Shown here one piece after another: positions 10,564-21,756 of a stretch of DNA of 57,179 bases. Source of the DNA: a virus (taxonomy: Duplodnaviria; Caudoviricetes); IMG/VR virus record IMGVR_UViG_3300046167_000110, positions 1 to 57,179 of that record, one strand, 5' to 3'. Within the stretch, counting starts at the first letter, position 1. The number at the start of each line of letters is the position of its first letter. A program made the translations under genes and the position numbers. The notes under the pieces were generated by a model, which was not told where the DNA came from, searched no databases, and saw nothing but the letters and a program-made list of their open reading frames with translations.

Positions 10564-11057
10564 TAAGCTAAGGCTGTACGATACTTTTCAGTGTAGTCTA
10601 CAAAAAGTGCATTAGGACCTGTTGCAAGTGTTTCAGTAAATGTAGTAGCAGTAGAGTAATCTACAGAACTAGGCATATTGCGTAATGTTTCTTTGTCTAC
10701 CTCCATATCAGCCACTACAGATGTGAGACCTTTAGCCATTGCTCTAGTTTGTAGGCTATCTAGAGTATTAAGAAGTTCTGTACGGCAAGAGCGATATACG
10801 TCTTTCCACCAAAGATCAACTAAAGACATATCCCATACTAGTGCTGTAGGGTTATCCATATTATCAAAGGTAAGTTTATCCACATGAGTTAGCATAGCTA
10901 AATTCTCTGTGTCTGAGTTCGTAGGCACAGCTTTAGTTAAGGTAGCTGCTCCTGTAGGAATTACTCCTTCTGCGATAAGCTCCTCTACAGTTTGATCTGT
11001 ATTGACAAAGCCTAGCTTTGGAGTTCCAATAGTTCTGTTGAAGAAAATGTTGTTCAT
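10563..11057 (-). CDS. Putative tail fibre assembly chaperone
   Basis: Immediately downstream of a fibre gene; R..LL..LD...RA...K..LR..P motif. Confidence 0.5.
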   Translation of the reverse strand: MNNIFFNRTIGTPKLGFVNTDQTVEELIAEGVIPTGAATLTKAVPTNSDTENLAMLTHVDKLTFDNMDNPTALVWDMSLVDLWWKDVYRSCRTELLNTLDSLQTRAMAKGLTSVVADMEVDKETLRNMPSSVDYSTATTFTETLATGPNALFVDYTEKYRTALA

Positions 11058-11069
11058 AGATATGCGCCT

Positions 11070-12860
11070 TTAGTAGATTACTACAGCGATGTATGTAGGG
11101 TCAACTGCTTGAACACCCCACGCACCAGCCGTGTTGTTATCATTACCTCCAAAGTGTATAAACTGAGGGTATGTTTTTGTAGCCTTGATAGTTATTGTGC
11201 TTGCTGTACGAGCAGTTACAAAAGCATTATATAGATTTGCTGCTGTATTGATGGCTGGAGTTTGAGATAATGTACCTACATCTGTTGTCCCTACAGTAAC
11301 ACAGTAATCTCCGCTAGAACCTCTTACACCACTAGCAAGGGTTAGATTGTAGCTACCTGTAGCTGTTTTAGAAAGCGTTACATTTTGACTAGAAATAACA
11401 CCGCCTGTAGAACCATTGAAAGCAATGAATCCACGAGCTGCACCATTAACGCCATTCATATTAGTTAGTGCAGAACCATTAATAGCAGGTAACGAGCCCG
11501 TAAGATTAGATGCACTAATAGACCCTGACAAACTAGATGCAGTCAAAGCACCTGTATTCACAGTACCTAGAGTTACGTTATCATTAGGCTGTACAGCAGT
11601 ATCCGCTAAAGAACCTTGCGCTGTAGTAGCTTTACCATCTAAAGCTGTCTGTAGCCCATCTACATTAGAAATAATATGATTGTGGCTATCATCAGCTATG
11701 GCAGTAGTAATCGAAGCATTAGCAGAACCATCAAAAGAAACAGAACCTGTTACATCACCTGTGAGTGTGATATTTCTAGCTGTATCTAATACAGTAGCAC
11801 TAGAAGCATTACCTACAAAAGACGTAGCATAAATAGGGTCAGTACCTGTAGACCATCTGTCGTTAGCTTCGTCCCAGAAGAACTTCTTGTTAGTAGCTGT
11901 ACCACGTTCAACTTCAATACCAGAATCAGCAGAGGGTGTACCAGCTTCGTCAGAGTTAAGGATGATGAATGTATTAGTAGTACTAACATCCTGACTGCTA
12001 ACAGATGTGGTTGTACCCTGAACAGTAAGGTCACCTGTAATAACAAGAGATCCTAGAGTTGGGTTACCACTAGCATCAATAGCAACTTCACCATTGCTAA
12101 TTACGATACCAGTACCACCTGAGAAATGTGCTCTTGTTTCTGCTGCAGAAGGTCCTGTATAAGTAATAACACCTGCAGAGTACGATAAGCTACCATCACC
12201 ACCGGAATCTGTTACTGAGATAGCTGCTTTAGCATCTGCAGTAGCACGTGCTGTAGTGTAGTATAGGTTAGTAGGGCCTTCAGGTACAGTATTTGTATTA
12301 CCCTGTGTAAAGCCCATAACACCTGTAAGACTGTTATAAGAAAGACTACCGGTAGCAGATATAGAAGAACGTGCTCTTGCAGTAGTATGAAATAGGTTTG
12401 TGGTACCTTCAGTAAGTTCATCAGAGGTATGATTTGATATGTCTGAAACTTGGCCGGTAACATCACCGGTAACATCTCCAGTTAAGTCTCCTGTTATATC
12501 TCCAGTTATACCACCTGTAACCATAAGGGTACCACCTACGGTAGCGTTAGCTGCTACAGTGAGTGCATCTGTATCTACAGTACCATCAAACCATGCATTC
12601 TTATATTGAACAGAGGCGGTACCTAAGTCCAAAGTGTTGGTAGTCTTAGGGGTGAGTGCTGTACCTGATACAACAAGATCTTGTGCTGGACCTACCTTAG
12701 TGATAGCTGCACCTTCACCTGCCGTACCATCATGAGCGTGGCCTGTAGAAGCGTTAAACGATGCCTCTAAAGCATTATATTCAGCATCAAAGTCATCTGC
12801 ATCAATAACGTTACCGTTAGAAATGTTGTTTGCTGTATCCTGACGTGTGTAACCTGCCAT
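11070..12860 (-). CDS. Tail fibre (portal/tail-anchored)
   Basis: MAGYTRQ...GHAHDGTAGEG anchor, G/T/S-rich beta repeats, EGTxNLxxT repeats. Confidence 0.75.
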   Translation of the reverse strand: MAGYTRQDTANNISNGNVIDADDFDAEYNALEASFNASTGHAHDGTAGEGAAITKVGPAQDLVVSGTALTPKTTNTLDLGTASVQYKNAWFDGTVDTDALTVAANATVGGTLMVTGGITGDITGDLTGDVTGDVTGQVSDISNHTSDELTEGTTNLFHTTARARSSISATGSLSYNSLTGVMGFTQGNTNTVPEGPTNLYYTTARATADAKAAISVTDSGGDGSLSYSAGVITYTGPSAAETRAHFSGGTGIVISNGEVAIDASGNPTLGSLVITGDLTVQGTTTSVSSQDVSTTNTFIILNSDEAGTPSADSGIEVERGTATNKKFFWDEANDRWSTGTDPIYATSFVGNASSATVLDTARNITLTGDVTGSVSFDGSANASITTAIADDSHNHIISNVDGLQTALDGKATTAQGSLADTAVQPNDNVTLGTVNTGALTASSLSGSISASNLTGSLPAINGSALTNMNGVNGAARGFIAFNGSTGGVISSQNVTLSKTATGSYNLTLASGVRGSSGDYCVTVGTTDVGTLSQTPAINTAANLYNAFVTARTASTITIKATKTYPQFIHFGGNDNNTAGAWGVQAVDPTYIAVVIY

Positions 12861-12870
12861 GTCTTAGTCC

Positions 12871-14409
12871 TTACTGTCTATCGTTCTGTCTAAACTCTAG
12901 CAGGGCTGTGTCTAGAGTGAATGTGGGGTTTGTAGAGAAGTCTTCAATACGAAGAGCTATAGTTTTACCAGAACCAATAATGTTTGTGGTATAGATTTTA
13001 TCTAACTCACCGCCATAGGTTGCTGTGTTAAATACTGCATTAGATTCGCCAAAGAGAAAAACTGCGGTACCTGTGCTGTTAATACTTTGTGTAGTAGGCT
13101 GTATCACACCTGTATTTGTAGAAGCGTTAAAGTCATACTTAATGTTTAAATCTAAAGACATATTGCCTGTAGGCTCTGCATACAACGTCATCTTATAGAA
13201 TGATTTACGCATTTGTGGATCTGATATAGGCATATAAGGTGACTCATATATAGCCTCAATAGATAAACCATCAAAGCTTGAACCTGTATCCATCTTATAC
13301 ACGTAGCCATCTGTATTAGCAAAGGCTACTGCTTCTGTTGTACCTGAGTAACGGCTGTCTGCTACATAGGCTTTAATACCTTTAGTCTCAGACCAACTTA
13401 TACCGGTAGCACCCTGAGATATAAACTTGGTAGCAATCAATCCCTTTGCAGTTGCTTGCTGTTCTGACTCAATGTAGGCAAAGATGCGATATTGAGCTTT
13501 TTCACGCATAAGGATAGAACAAAAGATAGGGGTACTACCAAGAAAAGTAGAAGCATCTTTAGATATAGGATCAGATGCAACGTCTAACCCAAAGTCACCA
13601 ATACGATCAGTAGCACTTAAAAGACGTATACCATCAGAAGCAAGGTACATGATGTCGCCACCAAATTCTTGAACTGTATCGCTGTTAATACAACCCATAC
13701 GATCTGTAATAGGTGATATTTCAAAGTCTGCTGCAGTGTTTCCTGTAAGACGCTTAATAGTGTCACTTGTAAAGATAATAAGCTGATCACGAAAGACTGC
13801 TAAACCTGTAATCTCATTTGCTACGTTAATAGAACCAGCGCCATTGGCAACACTAAAATCATCAACAGTAACAGGGGCAGTAAAATAAAGATTATTACCT
13901 TTAGAATAGAAAGCTGTATCTTTAAATACAGCGACACATTCTGCGCCTAATACATCTGTACTACCTGTTATAGCAGTAAGAGTATTACCTGACGTGTTGT
14001 ACGAAGCTGGGTAGTTTACACCGTCAACAAATAGAACCTTATCACTACCATCTAAGTTATATAACACATGCTTACTTTTACCGCCAAGTAAAGGTCTAGC
14101 TCCCATAGATGTCCAAGAGTTACCTGTGCCGTAATAGTATTCTGTAACGTTAGATCCATTCTTTCTAGATACAACAATACGACCAGAGCTTATAACTTTA
14201 AGTGCCAGCATAGGACCAGAACCAGGTACGGTTGTAGTACTAAACTTTTCATAACCCTTGATCTTACTATAGCCACCTTCTTTAGTAGCCTCAAAATTCT
14301 GCAATATAGTAGCAGAACCTATATTATTAGCACCCTGTTGCAAGGGGCTGACATTAGAGATAAGACCACCTCTAAACTCTATAGGGAATGTCTGCCACTG
14401 TGTAGCCAT
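12871..14409 (-). CDS. Tail tube / nozzle (stabilisation) protein
   Basis: 512 aa beta-rich ORF after the adaptor gene; FRGGL N-terminus. Confidence 0.65.
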   Translation of the reverse strand: MATQWQTFPIEFRGGLISNVSPLQQGANNIGSATILQNFEATKEGGYSKIKGYEKFSTTTVPGSGPMLALKVISSGRIVVSRKNGSNVTEYYYGTGNSWTSMGARPLLGGKSKHVLYNLDGSDKVLFVDGVNYPASYNTSGNTLTAITGSTDVLGAECVAVFKDTAFYSKGNNLYFTAPVTVDDFSVANGAGSINVANEITGLAVFRDQLIIFTSDTIKRLTGNTAADFEISPITDRMGCINSDTVQEFGGDIMYLASDGIRLLSATDRIGDFGLDVASDPISKDASTFLGSTPIFCSILMREKAQYRIFAYIESEQQATAKGLIATKFISQGATGISWSETKGIKAYVADSRYSGTTEAVAFANTDGYVYKMDTGSSFDGLSIEAIYESPYMPISDPQMRKSFYKMTLYAEPTGNMSLDLNIKYDFNASTNTGVIQPTTQSINSTGTAVFLFGESNAVFNTATYGGELDKIYTTNIIGSGKTIALRIEDFSTNPTFTLDTALLEFRQNDRQ

Positions 14410-15098
14410 TAGTAATGTACTCTCGTATCTCGCAAGTATGAAGTGCGATTAATATGTATGCTACGTAGTTGTTTAATACCTTGCTGGAACTTTTGTAGTG
14501 CTAATTGTGCTGCCTGCATGTCACCACGGAACTGATATACGTAGTACATAGCGCCATCAACGATGGTATAGCGGTATTGCTCAGGGAGTGTAGGTACATC
14601 TGTAGGTGACTCTAGATCAAACCCTGTACGGAAATACTCATATACTACTTCATACTCTTTATCAGGTGGTGGGGAGAAGATAAGTTCTCTACTAGGTGTA
14701 CGTACAACGTAAGTAGGTATTCCTCTAGTGCTTGCTTCAGAGTTATACTCATAATCAGCGAACTTGTCAAGCCATTCTTCATAAGATAAAGTCTTTAGCT
14801 TCACTGTTTCTACATTAAGATCCGCATCACGTTTGATACGAAAGGTATTCATGTTTATAGTCTTACTATCGTAAGGCATACTGTAGCGCACTTCACCAAC
14901 AGCTAAGACTTCTGTTTCTTCTACATGGTTCCAGGGCCACTCAAACTCTTCCTGATTGATGTGGCGAATAGCTGCGTTAACAGCATCCTTAGCAAAGCTG
15001 TAATACCCTGTAGCTGTAGAAAAATTAGCATTTGTAAGTTCTACTTCATTAAGACGTCTGTTAATGTCGTTAACTAAACTGATGTAGTCATATGCCAT
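14409..15098 (-). CDS. Head-tail adaptor (tail tubular protein A-like)
   Basis: Y..LVN...RRLNE, WPW and PPPDK.Y motifs; position. Confidence 0.7.
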   Translation of the reverse strand: MAYDYISLVNDINRRLNEVELTNANFSTATGYYSFAKDAVNAAIRHINQEEFEWPWNHVEETEVLAVGEVRYSMPYDSKTINMNTFRIKRDADLNVETVKLKTLSYEEWLDKFADYEYNSEASTRGIPTYVVRTPSRELIFSPPPDKEYEVVYEYFRTGFDLESPTDVPTLPEQYRYTIVDGAMYYVYQFRGDMQAAQLALQKFQQGIKQLRSIHINRTSYLRDTRVHY

Positions 15099-15100
15099 TC

Positions 15101-15418
15101 TTATTTCTCCCTGACACGTAGAAAGACACTACGCTCATACTGCAAACCACCTGCTGTGGTAATACGGCATGTAATAGTGTATCTTTTATTATTAGTTCCT
15201 AGAGAAAGACGAATAGTACTTACTGTAGAAGTTATAGTACTGCTTACAAACTGTAGTCCGTCAACGGTTTCTGCATCATCTACTTCTACTTTTGAACCAT
15301 CTGCATCTGTAATGTACCAAGTTACGGCAGAAATGGTGTCTGTATTAAGAAACCTAGACCAATCTACACTGTAGTCTACAATCTCATCTTTATCTTTATC
15401 GGGCCACTTATATGCCAT
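15101..15418 (-). CDS. Small Ig-like fibre/tail adaptor protein
   Basis: KDKDEIVDYSVDWS...Y.ITCRIT...G...ERSV motif. Confidence 0.55.
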   Translation of the reverse strand: MAYKWPDKDKDEIVDYSVDWSRFLNTDTISAVTWYITDADGSKVEVDDAETVDGLQFVSSTITSTVSTIRLSLGTNNKRYTITCRITTAGGLQYERSVFLRVREK

Positions 15419-15429
15419 TAATGTATTCC

Positions 15430-16113
15430 TTATGCTGCAATACGTACAACCCTATCTATATTAGTTGCTTCAATTATTACTGTGTTACTTCGTGAGTCTG
15501 AAGGTATGTGAATAGTATTGTTTTGATTAGTACCTGTAATAAACACTACATGATTTTTTCTATAATCATCTTTACGACTTTCGTAGTCGAACTTTGTAGC
15601 TACTACAGATAAGTTACCAGAGAATATGTTTAATGCTGTAGATACAGGATTAACTACTGCTGAAATCCGTATAGTGATTGCACCAAGGGTTGCACTAGAT
15701 GCAACTCCTATCGGTAAAACAACAGCCTTAGCTTCTACATTAGTACCCGTTGCACCTGATAGAGTTAGCGCTGGGCTAGTGATGCTTGTATTAGCATCTG
15801 CCAATACTGTAGTTGTACCGATATTGGTTGAAGAGTCAACCCCAGAAGGTACTACATTAGCATTTGCAGTAACTATTGTTGTACCTACGGAGGCTACAGT
15901 AGATACAGAATCACTAACTATAACACTATCAGCAGTAACGCTTATTAAGCCTATGCTACCAGTAGATGCAACACTTGTCAAGCTTACATTGGCTTCACCT
16001 GAAACAATTATGTTTCCTACACTGCTTGTAGCAGGTACACTCTGTGCAATAAGACGTGTCTCTAGCGTTGTAGAGAACGGTCCTGATGCAAAAGGAGAAA
16101 TACCAAAGAACAT
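15430..16113 (-). CDS. Structural protein with S/T/V beta repeats
   Basis: MFFG.SPFA..PFS N-terminus; roughly 22-residue repeats. Confidence 0.55.
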   Translation of the reverse strand: MFFGISPFASGPFSTTLETRLIAQSVPATSSVGNIIVSGEANVSLTSVASTGSIGLISVTADSVIVSDSVSTVASVGTTIVTANANVVPSGVDSSTNIGTTTVLADANTSITSPALTLSGATGTNVEAKAVVLPIGVASSATLGAITIRISAVVNPVSTALNIFSGNLSVVATKFDYESRKDDYRKNHVVFITGTNQNNTIHIPSDSRSNTVIIEATNIDRVVRIAA

Positions 16114-16122
16114 GTTTTATCC

Positions 16123-16542
16123 TTATTCTGGCTTTGTAGGCCATGTAACTGTGTTTGGAAACCCTGCTTGCGCTGTTAGGTTAAGCAAGTCAGTACGATA
16201 CTGTGTCCACTCTGCTTGTTTAGCATCTGTAAGTTCAGCCCATCGTAGAGGGTTAGTGACTATTGGGTCTACTTCTTGAACTAACATCTGGTTACGTTGC
16301 GCCCTTAAACCTGCCGCTAGTTCTGCGTCTAGTTCTTCTTGGGTAGGTGCTACATAAGCTTCAAAGTCTGAGCCAATGAGCTCAAGCAATACGCTGTTGT
16401 CTACAGTCATATCTGTATCATCAGGGTTTAATGTGTAAGGTATCCAATCATATTCTGGATGGTTAATCTCTACATTAAATGCCGTATTTTCTGTGTTAAG
16501 CGATTGTGCGTTACGCACTTCTGTTATTGTTATTGTTGGCAT
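16123..16542 (-). CDS. Tail fibre assembly chaperone (XkdW/TAP-like)
   Basis: LRAQRNQML...W..YR..L..L..Q.GFP..V.WP.KP motif. Confidence 0.7.
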   Translation of the reverse strand: MPTITITEVRNAQSLNTENTAFNVEINHPEYDWIPYTLNPDDTDMTVDNSVLLELIGSDFEAYVAPTQEELDAELAAGLRAQRNQMLVQEVDPIVTNPLRWAELTDAKQAEWTQYRTDLLNLTAQAGFPNTVTWPTKPE

Positions 16543-16557
16543 AAACGCCTCCTATTG

Positions 16558-19239
16558 TTAAGATATTCTGACCCAAAGTGTTGGTGCTCTTACACCAAAC
16601 TGCGCACCTGTAGCCGTACCGCCCATGTTTCTCCATGTACCTGAAAGACCACAACTTGCTGCACCATTAAAATCTGTAGCTAATGGTCGTTGGTGTGTAG
16701 AGCTATAGTAATCTGTTACAAGCGTATTACCTGCCGCAGTAGCCCCAGCCGCTATAGATGTGCTGTTACTATTAGACGTAGCACCTACAGTATAAGTACC
16801 AACATCGCCACGGGTTGTACTACCGCCAACACCTGTTAGGTTAGAGCCATCGCCGTATAGACTTCCTGAGAAATGACCGTCTTTGAACTTAGTACTAGAA
16901 GTACCAAGAGATATTGCGTCGCCCCTAGCGCTCCCATTCGCTGATGGGTCAATAGGTGTAATTGCACCACTAGCGTTTACAAATCGAACACCTGTGTTAT
17001 CAGTACCAATGTACATATCATTACTGACTGTGCCAATATTACCTACAGCGGAGCTATTTTTATAAAATCCAGCTATAAGGCCATCAGATGATAGTCTGTT
17101 TAGATATAAAGAACCTCCATTTGAGGCGGTTATTTCAGTCTGTCCATCGCTTTGTATTTTTGTACCTGCCGTTGCAAATGCACCTGTAGTCTTACCCACC
17201 AACAAGTTGCCTGATGAGTCTATGCGCATACGTTCTGTAGAAGTTCCGCCATTCGGTCTTGTAAGAAACTTTAAACCGCCATAATTTGCACCCTCTGTAT
17301 AACTATCAATACCAGCGTGGGGTGACAAATCTGATGTTGTTGCACCAACTGCAAAACGCAAAGAACCACCGTTTCCTGTTGTGGTTGTGCTATCACTAAT
17401 TAGTAAATGACCCCAGTTTGCATCGTTTGTGTTATTGCCAGTAACAGTTAAAACCGTGCCATAAGGTGCGCCAGATGACCAACCCGTGTTTAATATTTGA
17501 CTTGTAGAGAAAGGCGAACTCGTCCCAATCCCAACGTTTCCTGACGAGTCGATGCGCATACGTTCTGTAGAACCTATAGTATTACTATTACCAAACGCTA
17601 GATGACCCCCTGCGTCATTATACATATGCCAATAACCCGAACCGTCAGCAGGGGTTAAAATTACACCGTAATCTGTACCATTGCCGAAACCGCCAACTTC
17701 TATGTTTCCATTGTTTCTTTTTAGTAGATTGCCTGATGAGTCTATGCGCATGGCTTCTGTGCCGTTAGGTCTAAACACAATAGGATTGTTGTCTGTGTGT
17801 AACAACAAGTCATTAGCTGCATAACTGCCAGATATAGAAGCCCCATCACCAACGTAAACTTCTGTGTTATAACGGGTAAAACCACTGAGGTAGAGGTCTT
17901 TGAAGCGGTGAGAAGATAAACCTAAACTAATAGCCGCATCTCTAGTTGCACCTGCTGTACCTCTAGGAAGTATTGCATCAGAACCACCTGCAAATAATAA
18001 TGTTGTATCATCGTTGCCAATATACAAGTCACCACTGTTAGCAGTCCCAACACTACCTACAGTTGTTCCGTCTTTGCGGAGCTGAACAATGTCGCCATCC
18101 GTACTAATACGGTCAAAGATACCAGTTACGTTATTCTTACGGGCTTTGATATAACCTGATGGGTTTAGGCTTACTTGGGAAGTCTCACTTTCAGAAGTAC
18201 CACCTACATGAACGACTCCAGATGAGTCGATGCGCATACGTTCTGTGTTGTTAGTTCGTAAAATTAATGGTTGGTTCGTTTTAGAGCCTACAAATGTACC
18301 TGTGTTGTCTGCATACAAACGCCCATATGCTGTTGTTACATCTCCAAAATCAATAATACCATTTGAACCACTATCCACAGTCAGCCCAGTAGTTGTAAGC
18401 GCACCCGTAAGAGTACCACCAGCTAGTGGTAGTTTAGCGGCAATATTAGTAGCAGTTGTAGTAGCAAAGTTAGGGTCATCACCTAGTGCTGCAGCTAATT
18501 CATTTAATGTATCTAGTGTACCTGGAGCAGAGTCTACAATATTAGCTACGGCTGTATCAGCATAGCCTGTATAGTAAGAACCATGTTGCCCATCTAATGT
18601 GTCAGCGTTAATATTTAATGCATCAATATCAGACTTAGTTTGATCTGCTGTAGCGCCAGACTCTATAGCGTTTAGCTTAGTATGATCTGCATCCGTAAAG
18701 ACATTACTGTCAGTAGCAGACTCAACAAGTGTCCTGATCTCCGCTGCTGTTTGGTCAGCAGTAGCACTCGCTTCAATAGCGTTAAGTTTAGTGTGATCCG
18801 CATCAGTGAATACATTACTGTCTGTTGCGGCTTCTACAGCTGCTCGTATCTCTGCATTAGTTTGATCACCTGTAGCGCCAGACTCAATACCGTCTAACTT
18901 AGTACCGTCTGCAGCAATGTCTCTACCGTCTACTGTGCCAGATACAACTATATTGTTATTGACAGTTAAATCATCAAATGTACCTGATGCTATATCAAAC
19001 GCATTAAAAGCTACAACTTCTACAACATCATTTACTGCTGCACCTGTTGCTAATACAACGTCTGAACCATTTGTTGCTGTAAAGTCTGAGCTATGTAATT
19101 TGATACCATTTAAGTAGACATCTAAAAAGTTTGGAGTATACCCACTCGTAGGAAAGCTAGTTTGACCAGCAGTCGCTATAAAGCTATCCCGTGTTTGAGT
19201 AGCTTGTGGTACTAGTATATTTCCTATGTAACCTGACAT
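16558..19239 (-). CDS. Modular tail fibre with ERMRIDSSG repeats
   Basis: 893 aa; four (E)RMRIDSSG repeats; [14 protein letters not shown] segment; followed by a chaperone gene. Confidence 0.8.
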   Translation of the reverse strand: MSGYIGNILVPQATQTRDSFIATAGQTSFPTSGYTPNFLDVYLNGIKLHSSDFTATNGSDVVLATGAAVNDVVEVVAFNAFDIASGTFDDLTVNNNIVVSGTVDGRDIAADGTKLDGIESGATGDQTNAEIRAAVEAATDSNVFTDADHTKLNAIEASATADQTAAEIRTLVESATDSNVFTDADHTKLNAIESGATADQTKSDIDALNINADTLDGQHGSYYTGYADTAVANIVDSAPGTLDTLNELAAALGDDPNFATTTATNIAAKLPLAGGTLTGALTTTGLTVDSGSNGIIDFGDVTTAYGRLYADNTGTFVGSKTNQPLILRTNNTERMRIDSSGVVHVGGTSESETSQVSLNPSGYIKARKNNVTGIFDRISTDGDIVQLRKDGTTVGSVGTANSGDLYIGNDDTTLLFAGGSDAILPRGTAGATRDAAISLGLSSHRFKDLYLSGFTRYNTEVYVGDGASISGSYAANDLLLHTDNNPIVFRPNGTEAMRIDSSGNLLKRNNGNIEVGGFGNGTDYGVILTPADGSGYWHMYNDAGGHLAFGNSNTIGSTERMRIDSSGNVGIGTSSPFSTSQILNTGWSSGAPYGTVLTVTGNNTNDANWGHLLISDSTTTTGNGGSLRFAVGATTSDLSPHAGIDSYTEGANYGGLKFLTRPNGGTSTERMRIDSSGNLLVGKTTGAFATAGTKIQSDGQTEITASNGGSLYLNRLSSDGLIAGFYKNSSAVGNIGTVSNDMYIGTDNTGVRFVNASGAITPIDPSANGSARGDAISLGTSSTKFKDGHFSGSLYGDGSNLTGVGGSTTRGDVGTYTVGATSNSNSTSIAAGATAAGNTLVTDYYSSTHQRPLATDFNGAASCGLSGTWRNMGGTATGAQFGVRAPTLWVRIS
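17207..18246. repeat. Four dispersed ~29 bp direct repeats (consensus CCWGAYGAGTCKATGCGCATACGTTCTGT) within the fibre gene
   Basis: Copies at about 17210-17238, 17540-17568, 17732-17760 and 18218-18246. Confidence 0.85.
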
Positions 19240-19264
19240 TTATTTATCCTATTTTAGGCTGTAA

Positions 19265-19606
19265 TTATACAGCATCCCAGCTTGTTGTTTCTTCGTTCCA
19301 TCTATGCATCTCTTCATTAGAAGGTTCTGCTACAGGAGCTTCCCAAAGATATGTTGATGTATTTAATGTCCATGAGGGATATGGCTGTGGTTCATAAAAA
19401 GCATCCGCTTCACTGTCATATATAAATCCAATACCAGCATAATTATATCTTAAAGGAGTACCATCAGGGTGTTGCCCTCCATAAGTGTTATACGATGTTT
19501 TTACAAACATACCTGTAGAATCGTGAATATATGTATCAATAAAGTCTTGTTCTGCTACAATGACTTGCTTGACAACTCCATAATCTACTAATGCGTAATG
19601 CCCCAT
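19265..19606 (-). CDS. Fibre-partner protein, paralogue of 21399-21743
   Basis: MGHYA...KTSYNT..G.H..G.PLR.NYAG.GF.YD...DAF..P.PY.SW.L motif. Confidence 0.75.
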   Translation of the reverse strand: MGHYALVDYGVVKQVIVAEQDFIDTYIHDSTGMFVKTSYNTYGGQHPDGTPLRYNYAGIGFIYDSEADAFYEPQPYPSWTLNTSTYLWEAPVAEPSNEEMHRWNEETTSWDAV

Positions 19607-19631
19607 TTGTATATTTCCTTATTATATTTAA

Positions 19632-21398
19632 TTAAAACTGATATCTAAATATTACTATGCCAGAACCACCATTAGAGCCTTTTTGATTTCCAGCACCGCC
19701 TGCACCGCCACCACTACCAGTATTAGCTACACCTGCAACAGACGCAGTACTAGTTGCATTATTACCAGCATTACCGCCTCCACCAGTACCACCTGTCCCT
19801 GGAGAGTCTCCTATACTATCCCAAGCTCCACCACCGCCTCCAGCGGCATATCGCCCTCCTGATCCTGTAGATGTAGCAGTTGCCCAAGTAGAGTATCCTG
19901 ATTTACCAATACCCCCATTACCACCATTAGATAAAGAAGCTGTACCACCAGTACCACCTGCTCCACCGCCGCCTCCGCCGTTTTTAGCATTACCACCATT
20001 ATCTAAACCATTACCGCCACTATTACCTTGACCTGATGTCCCAGAGCCACCTACATTACTGTTATTGGAAAGATGCCCATTACCGCCACCTCCACTACCC
20101 CCTGAGTAAGCCGAAGAATATGGCGCACCACCTCTACCTCCACCTACGGCTGTTGTAAAGTTTGACACTGTTGTATTACTACCACTAATATGTCCACCAT
20201 CGGAATTGGACATAGTACCACCAGCACCAATAACAATATTATATGTACCTGCAGCTACTGTTGTTGAACCAGATACAAAACCACCTGCTCCACCGCCACC
20301 TCCGTGGTTGTTACCACCTGCTCCACCGCCAGCAACAATAAAGTAGTCCATAGCTTGGTTATCCGTTGTTGTGAATTCACCTGAGCTTGTAAAAACATGG
20401 TATTTATACCCACCAGAAGTGAATGTATTACCCCCGATAGCAACAAACTTGGTTATAAGTTTTACCCAAGTACCATCAGCGGAGGCATAAATCTCATCAT
20501 CCGTAGTATTATAATAGATATGTCCATCAGAAGGGCTAGAAGGATTAGATGAAGCATTAGGCAGTCTCATCTTAGCGTTAAACGTTACATCACCAGTAAA
20601 AGTACCGCCACCAAATGGATTACCACTGGGTCCAGTTGCACCCTGTGATCCTGTAGCACCAGTATTACCTGTTGGACCTTGCGAACCTGTAGCACCCTGA
20701 GGACCAGTAGCTCCCTGTGGGCCTGTTGCTCCTTGAGGTCCTGTAGCACCATCATCGCCATCAGATCCTGCAGCACCTTGTGGCCCTTGAGGTCCAGTTG
20801 CTCCTGTTGCGCCTTGTGGACCAGTGTTACCTATTGGCCCTTGCGGTCCTGTAGCACCATCGTTACCATCTGTTCCGGCTGCGCCCGTTGCTCCTGTAGC
20901 ACCTTGAGGACCTGTTGCACCAGTAGCACCATCGTTACCATCTGCACCTGCTGGGCCTGTCGCACCCTGAGGACCAGTAGCACCCGTTGCTCCGTCATTA
21001 CCATCTGCTCCGGCTGGACCTGTCGCACCCTGAGGCCCAGTGTTACCTATAGGTCCTTGTGATCCTGTTGCACCAGTAGCTCCAGTAGGCCCTTGTAATG
21101 CAGCATTAGTTATAGTTGCTTTTTTCCATGTTGTAGAGGTAGCGTCATAAACAGGTATTATATCAGAACTTGTTAAACTTGTTTCAGTAGATAAGCCTGT
21201 TAGTGCATCAGGTAATGCAGTACTAGTTACGTCAGCCCCTGATGCAACAGAGTTTAGCTTTACATGATCTGCATCAGTAAAGGTATTACTATTTGAAGCG
21301 TTCTCTACAAGCGCTTTAATTTCTGCTGCTGTTTGGTCGTCTGTAGCAGTAGCTTGTACAGTATTAACCAAATTAGCTAAATCTCTTGATCTACTCAT
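19632..21398 (-). CDS. Collagen-like fibre with C-terminal glycine-rich adhesin domain
   Basis: About 53 consecutive Gly-X-Y triplets; [10 protein letters not shown]...VAGGG...[10 protein letters not shown] glycine-rich domain. Confidence 0.85.
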   Translation of the reverse strand: MSRSRDLANLVNTVQATATDDQTAAEIKALVENASNSNTFTDADHVKLNSVASGADVTSTALPDALTGLSTETSLTSSDIIPVYDATSTTWKKATITNAALQGPTGATGATGSQGPIGNTGPQGATGPAGADGNDGATGATGPQGATGPAGADGNDGATGATGPQGATGATGAAGTDGNDGATGPQGPIGNTGPQGATGATGPQGPQGAAGSDGDDGATGPQGATGPQGATGPQGATGSQGPTGNTGATGSQGATGPSGNPFGGGTFTGDVTFNAKMRLPNASSNPSSPSDGHIYYNTTDDEIYASADGTWVKLITKFVAIGGNTFTSGGYKYHVFTSSGEFTTTDNQAMDYFIVAGGGAGGNNHGGGGGAGGFVSGSTTVAAGTYNIVIGAGGTMSNSDGGHISGSNTTVSNFTTAVGGGRGGAPYSSAYSGGSGGGGNGHLSNNSNVGGSGTSGQGNSGGNGLDNGGNAKNGGGGGGAGGTGGTASLSNGGNGGIGKSGYSTWATATSTGSGGRYAAGGGGGAWDSIGDSPGTGGTGGGGNAGNNATSTASVAGVANTGSGGGAGGAGNQKGSNGGSGIVIFRYQF

Positions 21399-21743
21399 TT
21401 ATGTGGCATCCCAACTTGTTGTTTCTTCGTTCCACTCATACCTATTACCATCATCAGGATATACTACAGGTGATACCCAGATACACGTTTCTTCATCTAA
21501 CGTCCAACTATTGTAAGGCTTTGGTGGAATAAACGCATCTCTGGTTGAATCATATGTAAAACCTACACCAGCATAGTTCTTTCTTAAAGGTGTACCGCCG
21601 TTTGCATGAACTCCAGAGATAGTATTATAAGATGTTTTTATCCATTCCCCTGCGCTGTCGTCTACAAAGGTATCAAAGAAATCTTCTTGTGCTACTATAA
21701 CTCCTGTAACTATGCCATCAACTACTTTTGCATAATGTCCCAT
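21399..21743 (-). CDS. Fibre-partner protein, paralogue of 19265-19606
   Basis: Same MGHYA/KTSYN/NYAG/WNEETTSWD motifs. Confidence 0.75.
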   Translation of the reverse strand: MGHYAKVVDGIVTGVIVAQEDFFDTFVDDSAGEWIKTSYNTISGVHANGGTPLRKNYAGVGFTYDSTRDAFIPPKPYNSWTLDEETCIWVSPVVYPDDGNRYEWNEETTSWDAT

Positions 21744-21756
21744 TAATTATTTTCCT

